Origin: Ranitomeya imitator
Lineage: Eukaryota
NCBI RefSeq assembly: GCF_032444005.1
Contig: NC_091282.1
Location: 517,142,001 to 517,206,000, forward strand
Reading direction: 5' to 3'
DNA: 64,000 nt
In this document: piece after piece, positions 10,422-22,272 of the stretch
Layout: each line of letters starts with the position of its first letter
How positions within the stretch are numbered: position 1 is the first letter of the stretch
The notes under the pieces: model-generated
What the model saw: the letters and a program-made list of their open reading frames with translations, nothing else
Told to the model about the DNA's origin: nothing
The model's database searches: none
Translations under genes and position numbers: made by a program

Positions 10422-11556
10422 TGGTGTGCCCTACCAGAGCAGCGGAGTAGTCGGTGCCGGGTTCGGTCTTAAAGGGGATGTCACGGTGGCTGTGACCCGG
10501 TCGGTGGCCCTAGGCGCCCAATTAAAGGGGAAAGATCTTTAAAGGGATATTGTAAAAGTCTATTGTTCATGAAGCCACCTGTGGTGTTCGGTCAGTGGGG
10601 ACCAACGCTGCTTTAAAGGGGTCCTCTGGTGGATGTTGTTGCAGCAATGATGGTAACGCTTCCAACAGGTGAAGCGGGGTCCCCAGGGCTCCCAAGGTGT
10701 GTGGCAAGTTGGTGAATGCCGACTAATAAGTGGAGGACACAAATTGTAAAGTTTTTACCTGGTTTACTGAAGATGTAGTAGTCCATAGTCCGGGGTTCCA
10801 GGCACAGGTGTCCTATGGTCCGGCCGGCTTAGAGGCAATGGGAGAAGCTCCTTCTCAGTTGAGGTCTGTAAGCCTTTCCTACTTGCACTGTTGTATGAGG
10901 TCCCTGCTGCTTGAATCTTACTGGCAAAGTCCTCTTTTTCCCTGTCCTGGAACAGGTGCCTGCATGACGGGCAGCTTGAGCCATTTTATAGGGACTCTAT
11001 CATGCCCTGGGCTCCTCAAGTGCTGCTGCGTCTCAGGTGTGGTGCGTCTCAGGTAAAGTTCTTAGTCCTTCGGTTCTGCCAAGTGTCCTAGTCCCAATAT
11101 AGCCTCGGGCTCCCGGTCCCCCGTTTCTGTGCTCTGTTTCTGAGGGTGCCTAGTCACAGTTCCCCTCGGAGCCCTGTTTGTCTCTCCTCTGCTCCATCCC
11201 TCTGTAGCTAAACCACATTCAACCCCTCGGGTTGCCTCTCCTTCCAGAGGCTGCAGCTCCCACATGGCTGCTGGGCCTCTCTGTCTGATCTGCATCTCTC
11301 CTAGACGTCTGCTCTCCTTGGTCTCCCTGAACCAACTGTCTAACTCTTCCTCCACACCAGGACATATATACATATTTGAGGGAAGCTTTCCTGAACCCGG
11401 GTCCTGAGCTCCCCCTCCTGGCCTGGATTTGGAATGTGTTGTATGTGGGTGCCTGACCTGATAAAGAGAAAGAACTCCATTGCCTCCAAGCATGATATCG
11501 GCCTCCTCGAAAGGAAGGCAACATCACTGCAAAAACCGGTTACCTGGGGTGTTGCA
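10422..11556 (-). repeat. 5' LTR (1135 bp)
   Basis: On - it begins TGCAACACCCCAGG and ends GGGCACACCA before the PBS. Its U5 region is homologous to the solo LTR at 48717. Confidence 0.82.
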
Positions 11557-11559
11557 TAT

Positions 11560-14544
11560 GTCACACAAAATACTTAATAAGTAACATTTCCCACATGTCT
11601 ACTTTACATCAGCACAATTTTGGAGCCAACATTTTTTTTTGTTAGGGAGTTATAAGGGTTAAAAGTTGATTAGCAATTTCTCATTTTTACAACACCATTT
11701 TTTTTTAGGGACCACATCACATTTGAAGTCACTTTGAGGGGTCTATATGATAGAAAATCCCCAAGTGTGACACCATTCTAAAAACCACACCTCTCAAGGT
11801 GCTCAAAACCACATTCAAGAGGTTTATTAACCCTTCAGGTGTTTCACAGGAATTTTTGGAATTTTTTAAAAAAAATGAACATTTAACTTTTTTTCACAAA
11901 AAATTTACTTCAGATCGAATATGTTTTATTTTACCAAGGGTAACAGGAGAAATTGGACCACAAAACTTGTTGCACAATTTGTCCTGAGTAAGGCGATACC
12001 CCATATGTGGGGGAAAGCCACTGGTTAGGTGCATGGCAGAGCTCGGAAGGGAAGGAGCGCCATTTGACTTTTCAATGCAAAATTGCATTATGTGCCAAAA
12101 CAGTGGAAACCCCCCAAAAGTGACACTATTTTGGAAAGTAAACCCCTAAGGAACTTATCTAGAAGTGTGGTGAGCACTTTGAACCCACAAGTGCTTCACA
12201 GAAATGTAGAGCAGTAAAAATAAAAAATCTTATTTTTTTCCACAAAAATGATATTTCACCCCCAATTTTTTTCCCAAGGGTAACAGGAGAAATTGGACCC
12301 CAAAAGTTGTTGTGCAATTTGTCCTGAGTATGCTGATACCCCATATGTGGGAGAAAACTACTGTTTGGGCGCATGGTAGAGCGCGGAAGGGAGCAAGTGG
12401 CTTTTTGGAATGCAGACTTTGATGCAATGGTCAACGGGGGCTTCACGTTGTGTTTGCAGAGCCCCTGATGTACCTAAACAGTAGAAACCCCCCCACAAGT
12501 GACCCCATATTGGAAATTAGACCCCCAAAGGAACTTATCTAGATGTGTTGTGAGAACTTTGAACCCCCAAGTGTTTCACTAAAGTTTATAACGCAGAGCC
12601 GTGAAAATAAAATATCTTTTTTTTCCACAAAAATGATTTTTAGCCCCCAGTTTTATATTTTCCCAAAGGTAACAGGAGAAATTGGACCCCAAAGGTTGTT
12701 GTGCAATTTGTCCTGAGTACGTTGATACCCCATATGCGGGAGAAAACTACTGTTTGGGCACATGGTAGAGCTCGGAAGGGAAGAAGGGGCTTTTTAGAAT
12801 GCAGACTTTGATGGAATGGTCAACGGGAGCTTCACGTTGCATTTGCAGAGCCCCTGATGTACCTAAACAGTAGAAACCCCCCACAAGTGACCCCATATTG
12901 GAAATTAGACCCCCCAAGGAACTTATCTAGATGTGTTGTGAGAACTTTAACCCCCAAGTGTTTCACTAAAGTTTATAAAGCAGAGCCGTGAAAATAAAAA
13001 ATCTTTTTTTCGCACAAAAATGAGTTTTTTTAGTCCCCAGTTTTATATTTTCCCAAGGGTAACAGGAGAAATCCCAAAAGTTGTTGTCCGATTTGTCCTG
13101 AGTACACAGATACCCCATATGTGGGGGTAAACTACTGTTTGGGCGCACGGCAGAACTCGGAAGGGAAGGAGCACCGTTTTACTTTTTCAACGCTGAATTG
13201 TATGGAATTGAGATCGGACGTCATGTTGCATTTGCAGAGCCCCTGGTGTGCCTAAACAGTGGAAACCCCCAATTCTAACTCAAACCCTAACCCAAACTTT
13301 TTTACTTTGTCCCAGGGTGGGACATCATGGTATAGTGTGAGATCGCTGATCTGATACTTTGCAAAGCACTGACAGGCACTGCAGGGAGGCTTGCTGGCGC
13401 CTGATCTCAGCAGGCACTGACAAGCCACCTCCCTGCAGGACCCGGAAGGTCCCCCGCGGCCATCTGGGATCCGTGGCCTGCAGGGAGGAAGACGGAGGAG
13501 ATGCTCAGAGCAACGCGATCACATTGCGTTGTTCCGAGGGCCTCAGGGAAGCACTCAGGGAGCCCCCTCCCTGCGCGATGCTTCCCTATGCTGCCGGGTA
13601 TGCTGCGATGATGTTTGATCGCAGTGTTCCGGGGGTTAATGTGCCGGATGTCAGCTGTGATAGTCAGCTGACACTCGGCCGTGCTCCCCCTGTGAGCGTG
13701 GCTGATCGGTGATGACGTACTATCCTGTCTGTGGTCATAGGGACCCAGACCACCTCGTCGGGATAGCACGTCTAATGTCAGAAAGGGGTTAAAAAAATAA
13801 AAAATATATAAAAGTTCAAGTCACCCTCATTTCGCCCCATTCAAAATAAAGCAATAAAATAAAATCAAACATACACATATTTGGTATTGCTGCGTTCAGA
13901 ATCGCCCGATCTATCAATTTAAAAAAAGAATTAATCCGATCACTTAACGGCGTAACGAGAAAAAAATCCAAAAGGTTAGAATTAATTTTTTTTGGTCTCC
14001 GCTACATTGCAATAAAAGGCAATCACAAAAGATCAAAAGATTGTATCTGCACCAAAATTGTCTCATTACAAACATCAACTCGGCACGCAAAAAATAAGCC
14101 CTCACCAAACCCGAGATCACGAAAAATGGAGACGTTATGGGTATCAGAAAATGGCACAATTTTTTTTTAACAAACTTTTATTTTTTTTTCACCACTTTAA
14201 TAAAAAATAACCTGCTAGATACATGTTTGGTGTCTATAAACTCGTAATGACCTGGAGAATCATAAAGGCAGATCAGTTTTAGCATTTAGTGAACATGGGA
14301 ACAAAATAAAGTGTGGGATTGTACTTTTTTTGCAATTTCGCAGCACTTGGAATTTTTTTTCCATTTTCAAGTACACAATATGTTAAAACCAATGGTGTCG
14401 TTCAAAAATACAACTTCTCCTGCAAAAAAGAAGCCCTCACGTGGCCATATTGACCGAAAAAAAAAAAAAAAAGTTATGGCTCTGGGAAAAAGGGGAGCAA
14501 AAAATGAAAACACAAAAACGAAAATACCTCTAGTCCTGAAGGGG
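11560..14544. mobile_element. Nested piggyBac-like non-autonomous elements with internal ~340-390-bp tandem repeats
   Basis: AAGGGG|TTAA termini at 13788 and 14544. Four related units start near 11930, 12272, 12660 and 13050 (GGTAACAGGAGAAAT marker). 13790-14544 matches the right half of the elements at 23988 and 26676. Confidence 0.75.
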
Positions 14545-14575
14545 TTAAATAGTTTTTTTTTAAAAATGTGGGGAC

Positions 14576-17247
14576 TAGTGTTGAGCATTCCGATACTGCA
14601 AATATCGGGTATCGGCCGATATTCGCTGTATCGGAATTCCAATACCGAGTTCCGATATTTTTGTGATATCTGAAATCGGAATCGGAAGTTCCTATAGTGC
14701 AATTATGCATTATAAAGAAGTGTGGGCGGTGCGTGGGCAGAGACTGTGTGTGTGCGGTAGGTGTCTGTGTGTGACCGTGGGGCTCTATGCGTGCGTGCGG
14801 GGTCTCTGTGCGGCGGGCGGGGTCTCTGTGCGGTGGGCGTGGTGTCTGCGGCGGGCGGGGTGTTTCTGCGGTGGGCGTGGTCTCTGTGCGGTGGGCGGGG
14901 TTCTGTGCGGGCCGTGCGGGGGTCTGTGCGATGGACGGGATCTCTGTGCGGCGTGCGGAAGTCTCTGCCGGTCGTGCGGGGGTCTGTGCGGGGCATGCGG
15001 GGGTCTGTGCGACGGGCGGGGTCTCTGTGCGGCGTGCAGGGGTCTCTGCCAGCCGTGTGGGGGTCTGTGCGGGGCGTGCGAGGGTCTCTGCGGCGGGCGG
15101 GGTCTGTGCGGGGTGTGCGGGGGTCTTTGCCAGCCGTGCGTGGATCTGTGCGGGGCATGCAGGGGTCTGTGCGGGGCATGCGTGGCATGCGGGGGTCTCT
15201 GCGGTGGGTGGGGTCTCTGCCGGCCATGCGGGGGTCTGTGTGGGGCGTGCGGGGGTCTGTGCGGTGGGCGGGGTCTCTGTGCGGCGTGCGGGGGTCTGTG
15301 CGGGGGTCTGTGCGTGTTGTGCGGGGGTCTGTGCGGGGTGTGCGGGGGTCTGTGCAGGGGTCTGTGCGGGGCGTGCGGGGGTCTGTGCGGGGTGTGCGGG
15401 GGTCTGTGCGGGGGTCTGTGCGGGGCGTGCGGGGGTCTGTGTGGGGTGTGCGGGGGTCTGTGCAGGGGTCCGTGCGGGGTTCTGTGCGGGGCGTGCCGAA
15501 GTCTGTGCGGGGCGTGTGGGGGTCTCTGCAGCGTGTCTCAGTGCGGGCATCGTCCGATGGGACTACAAGTCCCATCGGACGATGCATACTACACTGACAG
15601 TGATTGACACATTAGTCAATGATGGGACAGTAGTAGTCCCATCATCCGGCTAATGTGTTGAATGAAAAAAAAAAAATACTCCATACATACTCCATACAGT
15701 ACATTCATACATTACATACATGACATACAGTACATTAAACATAGAGTTCATACTCACCATTACTTGTCATTTTGATCCCCGAAGCCAGTGTCATCTGTAA
15801 AAAAGGTGAAAAAAACAAACAACCAATATACTCCCTGTCCGCAGAAATCCACGAGTGTCCCACCGTATACTACCTGTCCGCCGTAGTCCAATTAATAACG
15901 AGTGTCCCACGACGATCGGGTGATGTCACTGCTCTATAGGACCCTCAGTGACACACTGATGGGAGACAATGGCTCCTGTAGTGCATCACTCAGGTTACTA
16001 TAGTTCAAAGTCTCACTTTATGGCAATTGCTGCGTGGGAAAATTTCTCTTGCAGCAATGCCATAAGTGAGGCTAGGGACTATTTTTTTTACAGCGGCGGA
16101 GGAATCCCTTCCTCCCGTCATTGTGTTTCTGGGGCCCCTGGAGAGCCGTTGCAACAGCTATTGCTGCCATTCTCCACGAGAGATCGCCGTGGGACACTCG
16201 TGGATTTCTGCGGACAGGGAGTATATTGGTTGTTTGTTTTTTTCACCTTTTTTGCAGATGACACTGGCTTTGGGGATCAAAATGACAAGTAATGGTGAGT
16301 ATGAACTCTATGTTTAATGTACCGTATGTCATGTATGTACTGTATGGAGTATGTATGGAGTATTTTTTTTTTTTTTTTTTTCATTCAACACATTAGCCGG
16401 ATGATGGGACTACTACTGTCCCATCATTGGCTAATGTGTCAATCACTGTCAGTGTACTAGGCATCGTCCAATGGAACTTGTAGTTCCATCGGACGATGCC
16501 CGCACTGAGACACGCCGCAGAGACCCCGCACAGACCCCCGCACATACCCCCTCATGCCCCACACAGACCCCCGCACGGCCGGCAGAGACCCCCGCATGCC
16601 GCACAGAGACCCCACCCGCCGCAGACCCCCGCACGCCCCGCACAGACCCCCACACGGCCGGCAGAGACCCTGCCCACCGCAGAGACTTGTAGTTCCATCG
16701 GACGATGCCCGCACTGAGACACGCCGCAGAGACCCGGCACAGACCCCCGCACATACCCCCGCACGGCCGACAGAGACCCCCGCACGCCGTACAGAGACCC
16801 CACCCACCGCAGAGACCCCCGCACGCCCCGCAGAGATCCCCGCACAGACCCCTGCACGCCCCAAAAAGACCCCTGCACGGCCGGCAGAGACCCCCGCATG
16901 CCCCGCAGAGACCCCGCCCGCCGCACAGAGACCTTGCCTGCCGCACAGACACCACGCACGCCCCGCAGACAACCCGTACGCCGAACAGACCCCAGAGAGC
17001 CCCGGTAGGCAGGTACACATCCCTGGCAGGCCTCACAGTGTCCGCCCATGTACCGCCCACACTCTTCCCCCCTCTGGAACAAGATGTTTAAGGACAGAAA
17101 GGGCTTATTTACATTCCGATATTTGTGTCCCATTGACTTGCATTGGTATCGGGTATCGGTATCGGCGAGATCCGATATTTTTCGGATATCGGCCGATCCA
17201 ATCCGATACCGATACTTCTGGGTATCGGAAGGTATCGCTCAACACTT
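14576..17247. mobile_element. hAT-like foldback non-autonomous element with GC-rich minisatellite arms
   Basis: Perfect 8-bp TSD GTGGGGAC (14568-14575 and 17248-17255) and termini TAGTGTTGAGC / GCTCAACACTT. Long inverted arms ~14576-15862 and ~16190-17247. Confidence 0.9.
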
Positions 17248-17850
17248 GTGGGGACCCCTCTTTTCTTGATAACACAGCCTTGTTGTGTGTTGAAGCCTGC
17301 AGCTATCAGTTTAGCCTGGCTCATTATCAAAAATACAGGGGAACATGCCATTTAAAAAAATATATATTTTAGAGCGCAGTTCGCTTTTATTAGTGGCAGC
17401 AGAAGTTGCTTGTTGAGAGCAGCAGTCCCATCAGCCGATGCCAGTGACCGGAGGTAAACTTTATACCTCCGATCACAGCTGCGGGCTCACAATGTCATTT
17501 GATCAGAGCCGCCGGCGTTTGCTGTGATGTCATGCATGTGACACCCAGTGTTTGGGGGCCGAACAGTAAGGCCGGGGTCACACTTGCAACTGCAATGCGA
17601 GCAACTAACGGTAGTCACCTCAATACCTGGCACTCGGAATCGGAGTGTGCGGCTGCATAGAAATACATGCATAGAAATACATGCATAGAAATACATGCAG
17701 CCGCACACTCCGGTCCCGAGTATTGATAGTTCCTGGTGACGTCAGTGTTCAGTGTCTGTCCCCTAACAGTAGGTGTTCTGTGCAGACCCTGGACTTTACG
17801 GCTCGGGTTCGCCCATCTAACAGGGATCAATGCCTGTGTCCTCCATGTAT

Positions 17851-18790
17851 GGGCAGTCCCACACGTCCAGATAATTCCGATACTGGAAAAATCGGTACAG
17901 GAATTATCCGTGTCCGTGTGCCCATGCGTTTCTGTGGCACATCAGTGTCCCCTGCATCTGGTGCTGAAGCCGCGATTCATATCTTCTGTGCAGCAGCGTT
18001 TGCTGTTGAGAAGATATGAATATTCCTTTTTTTTTTTGTTTCTCGTGTTTAACATAAAGATCCCTGTCCCCACCCCCTGTGCGCCCGTCCGCTGTTCTTA
18101 AAATACTCACCCAGCTCCCTCGCTGGCTGGCGCTGCTTCCTGTCCTGGCCGCACCTTATACTGTATGAGCGGTCACGTAGGGCCGCTCATTTACAGTAAT
18201 GAATATGCGGCTCCGCCCCTATGGGAGGTGGAGCTGCATATTCATGACTGTAATCGGTGGCCCCATGTGACTGCTCATACAGTAGAAGGTGCGGCCAGGA
18301 CAGGAAGCAGCGCCAGCCAGCGAGGGAGCCGGGTGAGTATTTTAAGAACAGCGGGGGGGCGCTCAGGGGGTGGGGACAGGGATCTTTATGCTAAACACGA
18401 GAAACAAAAAAAAAAAAAGGATTATTCATATCTTCTTTACAGCAAACGCTGCTGCAGAGAATATATGAATTGCGGCTTCAGCACCATGTGGGGGGGACAG
18501 CGCTTACTGTAGCGCTGTCTCCTGCACGGCACACAGACTGCACACGGACAACGTCCGTGTGCGGTACGTGTTTTACACGGACCCATTGACTTTAATGGGT
18601 CCGTGTAATCTGTGCGCTCCCACGAACACTGACATGTCTCCGTGTTTGGCACACGGAGACACGGTCTGCAAAAAATCAATGACATCTGCACACATGCATT
18701 GATTTGAATGTGTCTACATGTGTCAGTCGCTCCGGTACGTGAGGAAACTGTCACCTCATGAACCGGAGACACTGACGTGTGAAACCGGCC
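17851..18790. mobile_element. PIF/Harbinger-like palindromic MITE
   Basis: Internal inverted arms ~17955-18225 / ~18235-18490 and right terminus CGTGTGAAACCGGCC|TA. Confidence 0.65.
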
Positions 18791-18796
18791 TATGAG

Positions 18797-19120
18797 GGTA
18801 TGTGGACACGCTGCAGAATGGTGTGAGGATTTTTCCACACTGATTTTGGTAAATCCGCAGGAAACCACACTGTGGATTTACTGTGGTTTTTCCGCGGATT
18901 CCACCTGCGGTTTTACATCTGCGGATTCCTATTGTGGAGCAGGTGTAAACCGCAGCGGAATCCGCACAAAAAAGTGACATGCTGCGGAATGTAACCCGCG
19001 GTATTTTCCGCACCACGTGCACTGCGGATTTTGTTTTCCATAGGTTTACATGGTACTGTACAACGCATGGAAAACTGCTGCGAATTCGCAGCGGCCAATC
19101 CGCAATGTGTGCACATAGCC
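18797..19120. mobile_element. PIF/Harbinger-like MITE
   Basis: Termini GGGTATGTGGACAC / GTGCACATAGCC|TAA with CCGCAG-type subterminal repeats. Confidence 0.6.
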
Positions 19121-19249
19121 TAAAGCATTGGACACTGATACTGCAGAAAAGATGGTAGAAAAGACAAGAGAGCACCTTCATGTTACCATCCCTTCTCCTG
19201 CAGTCACAGTGTGCAATGCTTTATTACCAGGCTTCCCCTTTCAACGGTA

Positions 19250-19470
19250 ATGAGCGAAATATGGCGGAGAAATAAACAATACAGTGAGGGGCGGAAGACC
19301 CGCGGGTGTCTGGTACCAGCACCGCACTGCTGCCGCCTACAGGCAATACTACGTGCGTGCAGGCTACCCTACACGAAGCGCCTTCCCTCCAGCCGCTTGT
19401 TGTGTCACGTGACGGCAGACTGCACGTGACTCCTGGGAACGCGGACTCCCAGCGCTTCCGGCTACTTGTT
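19250..19470 (+). promoter_or_regulatory. TRMT10B: CpG-rich TRMT10B promoter region with YY1-like, E-box and ETS motifs
   Basis: AATATGGCGG at 19258-19267, GTCACGTGAC at 19404-19413, CACGTGAC at 19423-19430 and CTTCCGG at 19455-19461. CpG-dense relative to flanks and ~300 bp upstream of the coding exon. Confidence 0.6.
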
Positions 19471-19521
19471 GACGCGCGGAGGAGCGACGCTCGCGTATCA
19501 GCTGCGGTCTGATAGTGGATG
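19440..19521 (+). other. TRMT10B: Probable non-coding first exon of TRMT10B (start approximate)
   Basis: Strong donor GATG|GTGAGT at 19521/19522 within the CpG island, and acceptor TTACCAG|A at 19715/19716 upstream of the ATG. Confidence 0.55.
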
Positions 19522-19757
19522 GTGAGTCCGATGTGCTGCGGTTTATAGACTGGGCGAGCAGTCTGCATGGGGCCTGATCCAGGGCGGCCTCTCTCATGGA
19601 GGAATGTGCACGTTCCATGCATACAGTCCGCAGCAGATGTGGTGACCGCCCTGCTGCTTCACTAGAAAGTCTAAAAGTGACCATAGCCTGACCCATTATT
19701 GTCTTATGTTACCAGACACGTCAAGGAGCGTCAGTCCAGTGAGAAGGGCCAGTAGAC

Positions 19758-19934
19758 ATGATGAAGTTTGCCGACAACAGCTGCAGCAAGACAGTCAGTT
19801 ATATAGGAGAAGCTGATGGCAAGGAGACCCCTGAAGATGTGAGCTCCTTACTAGATCGTCTCGCTTTAATTCCTTTTGATTTCAGTATTGATGACTCTGG
19901 ATCATCCGCTCAGGAGCATGGCGCTTGTTGTTCG
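19758..19934 (+). CDS. TRMT10B: TRMT10B coding exon 1 (exon starts 19716)
   Basis: MMKFADNS...GACCS then donor TCG|GTAAGT, phase 0. Splices in frame to KNVMRKQRHWEK, matching the human WCS-KNVQRKQRHWEK junction. Confidence 0.8.
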
Positions 19935-20890
19935 GTAAGTGCTGTTCAAACGTAGAAGACAGTCTTAGGCTAGGTTCACACGTGCCGTATTTTGTGGCCC
20001 ATAAGACGCACCTCAAATTAGACATTTTTTTAAATAAAATGGTGGTGCGTCTTATAGTCCCATTTTACGGTAGCTTACCCGGGGGGGGGCTGGGGGGAGT
20101 CCTGGCTCTGCGGGCCTCTCCTAAGATGTCGGCGCTGAGTGGAGTCCTCCTTCCCATTGATTTCTCGCAGGAGGCGACGTATTTGCAGATTGAGATCTCT
20201 GCCCTGGGTCTACATCATCGCCCCCCTTCTGCCGCTCCCGGCCTCCTGAAGCAGCGACCCTGCCCCCTGTAACCCCGCTCCACCGGACCCACACTCTCTC
20301 CCCATTGAGCTACCCCCTTTTTATAATTCGAAAAATACGGTATGTGCTCTCCCCGCTGAGCATGGCTTCAGGGTTTCCACCGTAGCTTTTTCTGTTCCGC
20401 ACTGCCGATATATTGATTGATGGCTGACTCCATGTAATGCAACAGACACCTGGCTGCCAATCGACATGACTGTCGGCATTGATTCCCTTTCGACAGAACA
20501 GAAGAAAACTGCTGTCAAGGTGATGTCACCGGCAAGAGTGGTCTATGACTGTTCTGAGCCATGAGAGATCGTCATAGGCAGGTAGTTGGCAACTGCCTGC
20601 TAAATGCTTAGCCCCATAATTTTTTTTTCTTAAGTCTCAAATAACCCCTTTTGAAATGCTTCAGATTTATCGCAGTAGTTCACACTGATTGATAAACACT
20701 GATCTTATTTCTGGGAGAAGGACTTTCAGAAGTAGGAGGCAGATGAATAGACAGCATGACTGCAGGGTTTTGTGTGTAGTCTTGTACCATGGAGCTGCAC
20801 AAATCTGTAGTGGTGCTGTATTATTAATTAGGAAGTTTACTTACACATACTTGGTAATATCATTTTTTTTTTTTTTTTTAATCTCTTCAG

Positions 20891-21005
20891 AAAAATGTGA
20901 TGAGAAAACAGAGGCACTGGGAAAAAATCGTTGTTGCCAAAAAAAGTAAAAGAAGGCAAGAAAAGGAGAGAAGGAAAGCTAAGCAGTCTGGGGACGTCAG
21001 TGGAG
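20891..21005 (+). CDS. TRMT10B: TRMT10B coding exon 2
   Basis: TTCAG|KNVMRKQRHWEKIVVAKKSKRRQEKERRKAKQSGDVSG G|GTAATG. 115 bp, phase 0 to 1. Confidence 0.95.
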
Positions 21006-21242
21006 GTAATGTGAATAAGATTCTTTTCTCTTGTCGTTTTTGGAAATCCGTAGGTCGCAGCATCAGGTTGTTAGAATTTTTTTCCATTTCGATCTTTAGC
21101 ATTGCTCGTATTGGTGCATGGACATGAATTTACATTTTCTGGTATGGGAAAAAAAAACATTGGCACTGCTTTTGCAATGCTCGATTGTTGTTTACCTGCA
21201 TATGTAATTATATGAAATGAAACAACTTGTGTACGATGTCTT

Positions 21243-22085
21243 TTATTGTGTGGTGTAGTCTACCACGCTTTCTAGTGCAGTGAGAGGAAAACATGGCTGC
21301 CAGATGTGTGATGTGCAGTGATAGTTTTCTGCCACAAGTGGCATTTTGCATTTAGCCCAAAAATATTTAATTTGGTCTCCTATGAGCAGAGCACCTTCTT
21401 CCTCATGCCATGTAGGGAACACAGCTGGCAACCTGATAACATCATCCCCACCATGAAACATGATGGCAGCATCATGATGTGGTGATGCTTTTCTTCAGCA
21501 GTGACAGGGAAGATGGTCAGAGTTGATGTGAAGATGCATAGAGCCAAATACCGTCAATCATGGAAGAAATCTTGTTAGTGGTAGCAAAAGACTTGAGACT
21601 GGGGGAGTAGGTTCACTTTTCTGCAGGACAATGACCCTAAACATACTGTCTGAGCTACAATGGAATAGTTTAGATCAAAGTATATTCATGTCTGTGAATG
21701 GCTCAGTCCGGTCCTAAATCCCATTGAGAATCTGTGGCAAGACTTGCTGCTCAGATCCGATCTCGCTGAGCTAGACCTAGTTTTCAAAGAAGAGTGGGCA
21801 AAATGTCACCTCGAGATGTGCAAAGCTGGTAGACCTATTCCAAAAGACTAATAGCAAAAATTGCAGTGAAAGGTGGTCCAACAAAGTATTGACTCTGGGG
21901 CTTAATACAAATGCACATCACAATTTTCAGATTTATATTAAATATTTAGAAAACCATGTGTCATTTCCTTTCCACGTATGTGCTACTTTGTTAGTATATC
22001 ACATAAAATCCAAATAAAACACATTTCAGTTTGAGTGTGAAGTGAAAAAATGCGGAAAAGGTATAAAAGCTTTTTCAAGACACTG
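21243..22085. mobile_element. Degraded, rearranged Tc1 remnant
   Basis: + strand transposase text (QDNDPKH, NPIENLW, KGGPTKY*) at 21420-21893, terminus CAAGACACTG|TA, and an inverted piece of the same coding region at 21243-21410. Confidence 0.75.
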
Positions 22086-22272
22086 TACATAATTCATTAA
22101 GTGGAATGCACTTCTTTATGAATTAGGCTCGTCTCACTCCAAACGTTCCTGAATTAAGAGTGATGTATACTACACAAGTCTTAATGAATTGGGAACTTAA
22201 TTTCTAAATATCTGAGTTTTACTTCATAATTTCAAAGGGAGTCAAGTTTTATACAACGGAAGACTCCTTTAA

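Larger units (their letters stand above)
8132..11556 (-). mobile_element. Non-autonomous LTR retroelement (5' LTR 10422-11556, PBS, ~2-kb internal region without pol, PPT, truncated 3' LTR 8132-8414)
   Basis: Direct repeats 8132-8414 and 11270-11556 differ by about 20 substitutions plus 2 indels. The LTR reads TG...CA on the - strand. The PBS lies 3 nt after the 5' LTR and a G-rich PPT abuts the 3' LTR. Confidence 0.88.

Noticed and set aside
10480-10500. GTCACGGTGGC as the start of a tRNA-Ser gene
   Set aside because: Only 11 nt match, with no A/B boxes or cloverleaf. Treated instead as a tRNA-complementary box in the LTR.
14474-17372. Long P/T/R/G-rich ORFs
   Set aside because: They are translations of the GC-rich minisatellite arms of the hAT-like element, open in all frames.
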